32,000 nucleotides of DNA from contig NZ_CP021983.2 of NCBI RefSeq assembly GCF_002075285.3, positions 1-32,000 of the forward strand. Direction: 5' to 3'. The stretch is from Halomicronema hongdechloris C2206. Lineage in GTDB: Bacteria; Cyanobacteriota; Cyanobacteriia; Phormidesmidales; Phormidesmidaceae. Below the pieces are notes generated by a model. That model worked only from the letters and a program-made list of their open reading frames with translations, was not told where the DNA came from and did not search any database. Below, in pieces: positions 1 through 6,280 of this stretch (positions within the stretch are counted from its first letter, which is position 1; each line of letters begins with the position of its first letter). Both the position numbers and the translations under genes were made by a program.

Positions 1-428
1 GGGTAGGAGTCTGAGATAATCTCACCTAACTACCCGAGAGACCCACTACCGTCATTCCCGCGGCGGCGGGAATCCAGGGAACAAACCTCGGCTTTGGCTC
101 AGAGTACTCTGCCTGGATTCCGGGTCGCGCTGCGCTTGCCCGGAATGACGGGATTCGGTTTCGCGGTAAGTCTGCTACCTCGAGAGACGGTAGTGGTCTG
201 AGATCATCTCACCTAACTACCGTCTTTTCGGCCAGCAGAACTTTGTCGGGAATGTGGAGGACAATGGGGTGGGTGGTCATGGTGCAATTCACCTTTGCAG
301 ACACTTCTATTATCGCGGTGCGGGCATCAGGGACTTAAGGATTGAATAAGCTCTGATGCTTCAGAGATAGGTACGTTAGGCGAGAGCAAGCATCTGGAGG
401 CAGACAAATGGGGATGGGGCGATCGCAA
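1..428. repeat. Copy 1 of a 428-bp direct repeat (partner at 1522-1949)
   Basis: Positions 1-340 are base-for-base identical to 1522-1861 (offset 1521). Positions 341-428 align ungapped to 1862-1949 with about 11 mismatches, and similarity stops after GGGGCGATC. The repeat contains a MITE copy, the 5' fragment of the split UPF0175 gene, the upstream box and a relic start (ATGGGGATGGGGCGATCG versus ATGATGATGGGGCGATCT at the CHAT gene). Confidence 0.9.
3..221 (+). mobile_element. 219-bp MITE-like non-autonomous element, long form, copy 1
   Basis: Identical to 1524-1742. The window begins only 2 bp to its left, so the left flank cannot be seen. GTCTTTTCGG follows at 222-231, as in copy 2. Confidence 0.6.
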
Positions 429-476
429 CACGGGTTCATGACTCGACTAGGGCGATCATCGCTTTTGCATGCAAGG

Positions 477-1235
477 CTATGATTCTTTAGATAAATAGGG
501 CTGTAGCTCTGCGGCTAGCCAAGGCATCGGTGGTGCTTGTTCATAATCAATAAAGTAGTCATAGCCGAGCTGTTCGTAGAGTTCGCTCAACAAAGATTGC
601 ACATTCAATAAAACATCTTCATCTTCTGGCCCCAGAGGCAGGGGAACTGCCGGAATCACATCAGACACGTTGAAGGCGTATAAATCTGCCAGCGGCCGCT
701 GTGGGGCTCGGCTGACCAAGATGCGATAATGACTTTGAGCCACATCTGGTTCCATCAAAAACGGCTGCCCTGCCCGCAGCAAATCAATCTCAACTAAGTG
801 CGTTTGACTACCCAGAATCTGCTGTCGTTTGGCCATATATTTACTGCGACCCTCACCTCTTTTATTAGCTGGCGACAGTACCTCAAGCACGGTGACAACA
901 ATCTGGGTGGCTGCATCTTTCACTTCTAGGTAAGACTGCTGCATTTCCATCGGGACTGGCACTCTGACTTTAACGGGGTGCCCTGTTGCCTTGGGCGTCG
1001 TGGCAATTGGGGTAGGATTAGTCTGTCGTTGCTGAATGCTGACGTCAGGTCGACCCATCGCCACGGTAAGCGCGTCGGTAACGGTATAAACCCACTTATC
1101 GGTGACCACTCGATATTTGGGCAGCAGTTGAGGCACAAGACGCCGAGCGATCGCGGCCACCAGCTGGTTATGGAAGTCTGACCAGTAATCAGGCTGTTCC
1201 AGATACGGATTCATTCCTGGGAAAGGATTGGGCAT
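477..1235 (-). CDS. DUF4058 family protein (PD-(D/E)xK, restriction-endonuclease-like, relative of Uma2)
   Basis: 252-aa ORF. The N-terminus MPNPFPGMNPYLE..W.DFH and the LEVLSPANK (E-x-K type) motif are what I recognise as DUF4058. The family name is from memory and was not searched. Confidence 0.7.
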   Translation of the reverse strand: MPNPFPGMNPYLEQPDYWSDFHNQLVAAIARRLVPQLLPKYRVVTDKWVYTVTDALTVAMGRPDVSIQQRQTNPTPIATTPKATGHPVKVRVPVPMEMQQSYLEVKDAATQIVVTVLEVLSPANKRGEGRSKYMAKRQQILGSQTHLVEIDLLRAGQPFLMEPDVAQSHYRILVSRAPQRPLADLYAFNVSDVIPAVPLPLGPEDEDVLLNVQSLLSELYEQLGYDYFIDYEQAPPMPWLAAELQPYLSKES

Positions 1236-1320
1236 GAGGGGGAGGGCGATCTCGTATGTCTATGATACTGTTGCCCATTTAGCCCGTTGCAGTACCGTAG
1301 GCTGGGCCTTGGAAATGGCC

Positions 1321-1801
1321 TTAGGCAAGGGACTGCTCCAGGTCTTCGAGTTCTGCACTCAAGGGGCAGACGTGGTATCGCTCCAGGCTGAGCAAAAATT
1401 CAACCCGCGACATCCCAGCTAACTCTGCGGCCCGCCCAGAAGACAAGCGCCCCAGTTCGTACAGTTTGACCGCTGCCAGCATAGGCAGTTCGCGGGCAAA
1501 CCCTGCAGCGTCGGTCTTTTCGGGTAGGAGTCTGAGATAATCTCACCTAACTACCCGAGAGACCCACTACCGTCATTCCCGCGGCGGCGGGAATCCAGGG
1601 AACAAACCTCGGCTTTGGCTCAGAGTACTCTGCCTGGATTCCGGGTCGCGCTGCGCTTGCCCGGAATGACGGGATTCGGTTTCGCGGTAAGTCTGCTACC
1701 TCGAGAGACGGTAGTGGTCTGAGATCATCTCACCTAACTACCGTCTTTTCGGCCAGCAGAACTTTGTCGGGAATGTGGAGGACAATGGGGTGGGTGGTCA
1801 T
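1321..1801 (-). pseudogene. UPF0175 family antitoxin-like HTH gene interrupted by a MITE
   Basis: On the minus strand, ATG at 1801-1799 opens MTTHPIVLHIPDKVLLAEKT (1801-1743). The 219-bp insertion follows. The same frame then continues DAAGFARELPMLAAVKLYELGRLSSGRAAELAGMSRVEFLLSLERYHVCPLSAELEDLEQSLA, with stop TAA at 1323-1321. The joined 83-aa product has the LYE.G.LS.G.AAELAGMSR.EF signature typical of UPF0175. An internal ATG at 1482-1480 could still give a 53-aa C-terminal product. Confidence 0.75.
1524..1742 (+). mobile_element. 219-bp MITE-like non-autonomous element, long form, copy 2, with 10-bp target-site duplication
   Basis: The element is bounded by a perfect direct duplication GTCTTTTCGG (1514-1523 and 1743-1752), and removing it restores the UPF0175 frame. 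Both ends carry the palindromic core TGAGAT-N-ATCTCA followed by ACTACC, giving imperfect terminal inverted repeats (GTAG..TGAGATaATCTCA..ACTACC). Internal hairpins are ATTCCCGC-ggcg-GCGGGAAT and ATTCCGGG-N14-CCCGGAAT. It contains no ORF. Confidence 0.75.
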
Positions 1802-1862
1802 GGTGCAATTCACCTTTGCAGACACTTCTATTATCGCGGTGCGGGCATCAGGGACTTAAGGC

Positions 1863-1892
1863 TTGAATAAGTTCTGATGCTTCAGAGATAGG
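1863..1892 (+). promoter_or_regulatory. Conserved upstream box, copy upstream of CHAT gene 1
   Basis: tTGAATAAGTTctgatGctTCAGAgATAgg. The same ungapped pattern occurs at 6230-6259 and 9862-9891, with a diverged relic at 342-371. The box ends 38 nt before ATG 1929. TTGAAT looks like a -35 element, but the -10 assignment is ambiguous. Confidence 0.5.
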
Positions 1893-1928
1893 TACGTTAG
1901 GAGAAAGCAAATATCTGGAGGCAGAAAC

Positions 1929-4484
1929 ATGATGATGGGGCGATCTCAGGCAAGTGGAATGCTGGCAATGATGCTGGTCGTCATGGGTACAGAATTACCT
2001 GTAGCTGCAACCGCTTCGGAACCTGCCGCTCTCATCGCCCAAGAACCCGAACCAGACGCCACGGCCCCCCTGGAGCGAGCCGAAGCGCTTAACCAGCAGG
2101 TGATTGAACTCTACCAAGCGGGACGGTATCAAGAGGCCATTCCCCTGGCAGAAGAAGCCTTAGCCATTCGGCGCCAGCAATTAGGAGAGCGCCATCCCGA
2201 TGTGGCCGCCAGCCTCAACAACCTGGCAGCGCTGTATGAGGCCCAGGGGCGCTATGGCGAGGCCGAGCCCCTCTATCAAGAATCCCTAGCCATTCGGCGC
2301 CAGCAGTTAGGAGAACGCCATCCCGCTGTGGCCCAAAGCCTCAACAACCTGGCATTGCTATATGTTGCCCAGGGGCGCTATGGGGAAGCCGAACCCCTAT
2401 ATCAAGAATCCCTCGCCATTCGTCGCCAGCAGTTAGGGGAGCGCCATCCCGATGTCGCCAGCAGCCTCAACAACCTGGCAGGGCTATATGTTGACCAAGG
2501 GCGCTATGGCGACGCCGAGCCCCTCTATCAAGAATCCCTAGCCATTCTGCGCGAGCAGTTAGGGGAGCGCCATCCCGATGTGGCCGCCAGCCTCAACAAC
2601 CTGGCCGCGCTGTATTATGCCCAGGGGAAAACCGCTCAGGCGGTGCGCAGCTTCCAGGCAGGCTTGGCCATCGAAGAGTGGCACCTGGAGATCAACCTGA
2701 CGACGCTGACAGAGGCCCAACGCCAGGACTACGCCGCCACCCTCTTCGGCACTACGGATGCGGCTATTTCCCTGTCGCTGCAATCGGCAGAGGCGCCACC
2801 CCTGGGGCTGACCACGTTGCTGCGGCGCAAGGGTCGCCTGCTGGAGGCGGGCAGCAGCAGTCTGCAACGCCTGCGCCAGAACCTCACGCCTGAAGACCAG
2901 ACCCTGCTAGACAACCTCATTGATGTGCGTCAGCAACTGGCAGCCCTCACCTTCAATCCCCCGGAAAACCTGCCACCGGAGGAGTACCGATCGCAACTCG
3001 CTGCCCTGGAACAGCAGGACAGTGACCTATCTGCCACCCTGGCTCGTCGCAGTGCTGTATTTCGAGTAGAAGCCGAACCCGTAGAGATTGCCGCAGTACA
3101 GGCCCAGATCCCAGCCGATGGGGTGCTGGTGGAATATGCCCGCTATCACCCCTTTGATGCTAAAGCTAATCCAGCTAACCGCTGGGGTGACCCTCGCTAT
3201 GCGGCCTACCTCCTCTTCCCCAATGGCCGCATTGAAGCCATCGACCTGGGCGATGCCGCTGCCATTGACACTGCCGTGCAAGCCTTCACCACCCTGCTGC
3301 AAGACCCCCGCGCCGACCTACGGGGCGATCCCGCCACCATCATCACCGAGATTGACCCCGACCGGATTGAGACGGTGACCAGCACCCTGCAGGCCCTGGT
3401 GTTGGATCCGATTGCACCCTATTTAGAGGGCCGTGAGCATCTGCTGATCTCTCCCGACAGCCAGCTCAACCGCCTGCCCTTTGAGGCCCTGCAGACGGAC
3501 GATGGTCGTTATCTGGTGGAGCAGTATCAAATCAGCTATCTCAACAGCGGTCGTGACCTGCTCAAATTCGACGTCCTAGATCCCAGCACAGCGCCCGCTG
3601 TCATTCTTGCCAATCCTGATTATGAGCAAGCCGCCCCTCGACTCCGCTCGGGGCTCGACTCGGTAACTGGAAGCTCCCCGAGCGGAGTCGTTGGCGAAGC
3701 TGCTCCGAAGGAGCTAGAGAGCCGGGGCGAGCAGTCGTCGAGCGGAGTCGAGCGGTCGTCGAGCGGAGTCGAGACGAACCGCCGCTCCACCGACCTCAGC
3801 CAACTTCAGGTCGAACCGTTACCCGGCACCGCCGCCGAAGCCGGAGCCATCCAACCCCTACTCCCCAACGCCACCGTCCTCACCGAAGACCAGGCCACCG
3901 AAAACGTGCTCAAGACCGTGCAGGCTCCCCGCATTCTCCACATCGCCACCCACGGCTTCTTCTTAGAAGATCAACCCATTCCAGTCGCCGAGGAGAGTCG
4001 TGGCCTCAGCCTGGCCGCGGCTGACGGGCTGCGGGCACTGCCCCGCTTAACGGCCCCGGTGGAAAATCCCCTGCTGCGCTCGGGTCTGGCCCTGGCCGGA
4101 TTCAACGCCCGCAGCAGCGGTGACGAAGACGGGGTCTTTACGGCTCTGGAAGCCGCTAACCTCAACCTGTTTGGCACCCAGCTGGTCGTCCTCTCTGCCT
4201 GCGATACCGGCTTAGGGGACATTGCCAATGGCGAAGGGGTCTATGGTCTACGGCGGGCCTTTGCCATCGCCGGGGCCGAGACCCAGTTGATGAGCCTCTG
4301 GCAGGTGAGCGATACCGGCACCCAGAGTCTGATGGCGCGGTACTACGAAAAGCTGATGGCGGGTATGGGCCGCAGCGAAGCCCTGCGGGCGGTGCAGCTC
4401 GAGATGATCCGCGAAGGTGGACAGTATAGTCGGCCCTACTACTGGGCGGCCTTCATCCTGGCAGGAGACTGGCGGCCGCTTTAG
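1929..4484 (+). CDS. TPR-repeat CHAT domain protein (caspase-fold protease), probable signal peptide
   Basis: 851-aa ORF. GGAGG lies 7 nt upstream of the ATG. The N-terminus has a hydrophobic stretch, GMLAMMLVVMG..VAATA. Four 42-aa kinesin-light-chain-type TPR units follow (LAIRRQQLGERHPDVAASLNNLAALYEAQGRYGEAEPLYQES). The C-terminal CHAT domain has an intact His/Cys pair (HIATHGFF, VVLSACDTGLG) and the tail YYWAAFILAGDW. Confidence 0.9.
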   Translation: MMMGRSQASGMLAMMLVVMGTELPVAATASEPAALIAQEPEPDATAPLERAEALNQQVIELYQAGRYQEAIPLAEEALAIRRQQLGERHPDVAASLNNLAALYEAQGRYGEAEPLYQESLAIRRQQLGERHPAVAQSLNNLALLYVAQGRYGEAEPLYQESLAIRRQQLGERHPDVASSLNNLAGLYVDQGRYGDAEPLYQESLAILREQLGERHPDVAASLNNLAALYYAQGKTAQAVRSFQAGLAIEEWHLEINLTTLTEAQRQDYAATLFGTTDAAISLSLQSAEAPPLGLTTLLRRKGRLLEAGSSSLQRLRQNLTPEDQTLLDNLIDVRQQLAALTFNPPENLPPEEYRSQLAALEQQDSDLSATLARRSAVFRVEAEPVEIAAVQAQIPADGVLVEYARYHPFDAKANPANRWGDPRYAAYLLFPNGRIEAIDLGDAAAIDTAVQAFTTLLQDPRADLRGDPATIITEIDPDRIETVTSTLQALVLDPIAPYLEGREHLLISPDSQLNRLPFEALQTDDGRYLVEQYQISYLNSGRDLLKFDVLDPSTAPAVILANPDYEQAAPRLRSGLDSVTGSSPSGVVGEAAPKELESRGEQSSSGVERSSSGVETNRRSTDLSQLQVEPLPGTAAEAGAIQPLLPNATVLTEDQATENVLKTVQAPRILHIATHGFFLEDQPIPVAEESRGLSLAAADGLRALPRLTAPVENPLLRSGLALAGFNARSSGDEDGVFTALEAANLNLFGTQLVVLSACDTGLGDIANGEGVYGLRRAFAIAGAETQLMSLWQVSDTGTQSLMARYYEKLMAGMGRSEALRAVQLEMIREGGQYSRPYYWAAFILAGDWRPL
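3639..3775 (+). repeat. In-frame palindromic and tandem repeat block inside the CHAT gene 1 linker
   Basis: A perfect 15-bp inverted repeat, CGACTCCGCTCGGGG (3639-3653) / CCCCGAGCGGAGTCG (3676-3690). A small hairpin GCTCC-gaa-GGAGC. A 21-bp tandem duplication GTCGTCGAGCGGAGTCGAG(cg/ac) at 3734-3754 and 3755-3775. GAGCGGAGTCG occurs three times. The block encodes the low-complexity stretch SPSGVVGEAAPKELESRGEQSSSGVERSSSGVET. Confidence 0.7.
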
Positions 4485-4507
4485 GCCCGGTTAGACGATG
4501 GCTTTCA

Positions 4508-4593
4508 AAAATGACGGTAGTAGGTCTCTCGAGGTAGCAGACTCATCACGCAAACAATCCTGGTCATGCCGGGCAAGCGCCCACACCTCACCC
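4508..4593 (-). repeat. Short-form member of the same palindromic repeat family
   Basis: AATGACGGTAGTAGGTCTCTCGAGGTAGCAGACTCATCACGCAAACAATCCTGGTCATGCCGGGCAAGCGC is the reverse complement of the segment GCGCTTGCCCGGAATGACGGG..GTAAGTCTGCTACCTCGAGAGACGGTAGTGG found in the long-form element. It lies 24 bp after the CHAT gene 1 stop. Confidence 0.6.
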
Positions 4594-4640
4594 AGCAAGA
4601 AAATGCTGTAACAATGGAGATGTCGCTTTAGGGGCAGATC

Positions 4641-4964
4641 ATGTACCAAACCGATCCTCCTCGACCGGCCCAGGAAACGCTGCCGACAATGTACGATTTG
4701 CCCAGCGACAATCCAGAGGAGCCAGGGTTGCCGGACGTTGGCGTCAGCCCGTCGCGAGACGTATTTCACGACATGCAGCCCCAGCTGCTGAAAGAGACCT
4801 GCCGACTCCCTGATGAACTGGCGGACAATGTCTTCTGCGGTACCGATCTAAATCTGTACTATGACACTCACCATCCCCAGTGGTACAAGCGCCCCGATTG
4901 GTTTTTGGTGCTGGGAGTGCCTCGGGCAAAACAGCAGCGAGATCTGCGCCTCAGCTATGTCATA
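4641..4964 (+). pseudogene. Uma2 (DUF820) family endonuclease, 3'-truncated
   Basis: TLPTMYDLPSDNPEEPGLPD..FHDMQPQLL..GTDLNLYYD..HPQWYKRPDWFLVLGV..DLRLSYVI matches the conserved N-terminal half of cyanobacterial Uma2 proteins. The catalytic half (E-x-K region) is absent. Homology stops at 4964 and the frame then runs through tandem repeats to a stop at 5078. VGVSPSRDV looks like a small extra insertion relative to the usual PDEFHD. Confidence 0.7.
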
Positions 4965-4981
4965 AGACTATGGTGGCTGGG

Positions 4982-5075
4982 TTCGCGGGCGTGGAAGCTT
5001 TGTTCGCTACTCTGGAAGGTTCCTTCGCGGGTGTGGAGGCTTTGTTCGCCACTCTGGAAGCTTCCTTCGCCGCCA
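4982..5075 (+). repeat. 42-bp tandem repeat, about 2.2 copies
   Basis: TTCGCGGGCGTGGAAGCTTTGTTCGCTACTCTGGAAGGTTCC starts at 4982, 5024 and 5066 (the last copy is partial), with 4 mismatches between full copies. In one frame it reads FAGVEALFATLEGS, repeated. Confidence 0.85.
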
Positions 5076-5077
5076 TG

Positions 5078-5258
5078 AACCAAACCTCCATCAATGAAAA
5101 TCTCTAGTCGCATAGACAAAATACTTGGTCAGAGGCCACTAACCAAACCTCCATCAATGGAAACCTTTAGTCGCATAGATAAAATACTTGGTTAGAGGTC
5201 GCGAACCAAATCTCCATCAATGCAGACCTTTAGTCGCATAGATAAAATACTTGGTTAG
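5078..5258 (+). repeat. 63-bp tandem repeat, 3 copies
   Basis: AACCAAACCTCCATCAATGAAAATCTCTAGTCGCATAGACAAAATACTTGGT.. starts at 5078, 5141 and 5204. The whole unit is repeated, and only about 10 nt at the unit junctions vary. Each unit contains TAGA(T/C)AAAAT and is bracketed by AACCAA..TTGGTT. Confidence 0.85.
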
Positions 5259-5382
5259 GCAGCGCCAATGACCCCTGCAGCGACGGTGAAGCTTAGGATG
5301 GCAGGATGAACTAAGGGTCTGGCGCTGCTGGAAAAGGGATACGCTTCCTGTTGCTAAGGTAATCCGGTGACGAATCCTGGCA

Positions 5383-5991
5383 TCATGCCTTGAGGATCAG
5401 GTCATAGCGGTTGCACTCATGCACTCGGCTAAACCGTTGTTGAATTTCTGGAACAGATTCCCCACGATACTGAGCAAAGACATGAATGGGCCTCAAACCA
5501 GGAATGCGACTGCCAAGGCACCCATCCACTTCATCATCTTGCAGGTAGACGTGGAGATAGGTGTCTACTTTCTGAAAGCCCTGGGCTTCGTACCACCTTA
5601 GCGTTGAGGCATCGTCGCGGGTCCAGGCTTCGAAGCGTTGGATGTGGGACTGTTGGGCCATGGCAATGGCCACCTTCAACAGCGCTGTTCCAACCCCCCG
5701 TCGTCGATAGTCCGGATGAACCGCAATATTCCAGATCATCCCGGCTTTGCCCGTCGCGGTTGAATGTTTTGGGGGTGAGCAGACACTACCGGGTACCGTT
5801 TCACATTCGACATCGATGAGGCCAATGATGTGCTGGTCGAGTGTGGCAACCAGTTCAATTGATGGATTGGAGTAGTGTTCCTTCTGCCGCAGCACATTGT
5901 CGAAGTAGGCCGTGTCCAAGAAGGCCAGGACCCGGCAGCGCAGCCACTGGGGTTCATCAGCGGGTTGATAGCGGCAAATGCTCCAGTCCAT
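5383..5991 (-). CDS. GNAT family N-acetyltransferase
   Basis: 202-aa ORF with the acetyl-CoA binding motif IAVHPDYRRRGVGTALL and the downstream WYEAQGF, typical of GNAT. Confidence 0.85.
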   Translation of the reverse strand: MDWSICRYQPADEPQWLRCRVLAFLDTAYFDNVLRQKEHYSNPSIELVATLDQHIIGLIDVECETVPGSVCSPPKHSTATGKAGMIWNIAVHPDYRRRGVGTALLKVAIAMAQQSHIQRFEAWTRDDASTLRWYEAQGFQKVDTYLHVYLQDDEVDGCLGSRIPGLRPIHVFAQYRGESVPEIQQRFSRVHECNRYDLILKA

Positions 5992-6046
5992 AACGGTTCA
6001 GCGAAAATACACCTACCCTATTGCCTCACCCTGCCATGGACACTTT

Positions 6047-6115
6047 CCGCACGAAAAAGAGTTCCGTCATTCCGGGCAAGCACAGCGCGACCTGGAATCC
6101 AGTAGAGGGCTCTGC
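6047..6115 (-). repeat. Short or degenerate member of the palindromic repeat family
   Basis: CCGCACGAAAAAGAGTTCCGTCATTCCGGGCAAGCACAGCGCGACCTGGAATCCAGTAGAGGGCTCTG matches the reverse complement of the long-form right half and the copy at 9250-9310. Weaker similarity may continue to about 6180. Confidence 0.55.
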
Positions 6116-6229
6116 AGTCGATAGACATCTCTAAAGCCTCGCCGCGCAGAGAATGGCTGAAGTTCGGTGCATCACACCTCGCGGTGATAGCCCTCTACCC
6201 TCCTTATCTCTGCCAAAATTCATCCAATC

Positions 6230-6259
6230 TTGAATAAGTTTCCCCGGCTCAGACATATA
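6230..6259 (+). promoter_or_regulatory. Conserved upstream box, copy upstream of CHAT gene 2
   Basis: tTGAATAAGTTtccccGgcTCAGAcATAta. It ends 23 nt before ATG 6281 and 38 nt before the alternative ATG 6296. That 38-nt distance equals the one at CHAT gene 1. Confidence 0.5.
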
Positions 6260-6280
6260 GGCTGATGTAAACTCCCCAGG

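Larger units (their letters stand above)
1522..1949. repeat. Copy 2 of the 428-bp direct repeat
   Basis: See copy 1. The first 340 bp are identical and the last 88 bp are about 88% identical. This copy ends 21 bp inside the CHAT gene. Confidence 0.9.

Noticed and set aside
52-79. ATTCCC-N8-GGGAAT inside the MITE formally matches the Neisseria dRS3 repeat pattern
   Set aside because: A 6-bp arm palindrome in a GC-rich hairpin is easily convergent, and there is no other similarity or phylogenetic rationale. It is treated as coincidence.
2559-4228. Track ORFs nested in or antisense to CHAT gene 1 (2559-2867, 2678-2893, 2729-2920, 3027-3302, 3088-3378, 3971-4228). Similar nested ORFs occur inside CHAT gene 2, the orthocaspase gene, glgP, recJ, the cyclase gene and others.
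   Set aside because: They overlap long ORFs that have clear domain content, are Arg/Pro/Ser-rich as expected for off-frame GC-rich sequence, and show no recognisable motifs.
4491-4769. ORF 4491-4769 (-)
   Set aside because: It covers a repeat copy and is antisense to the well-supported Uma2 N-terminal region.
1-5075. Diversity-generating retroelement (template/variable repeat pairs)
   Set aside because: Mismatches between the repeat copies (341-428 versus 1862-1949, and between the 42-bp units) are not adenine-specific. No reverse transcriptase is present.
5078-5258. Possible CRISPR array (three regularly spaced repeats)
   Set aside because: The whole 63-bp unit is repeated, and only about 10 variable nucleotides lie between conserved parts. 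There are no spacer-sized unique segments, no cas genes and no leader. It is a tandem repeat, not a CRISPR array.
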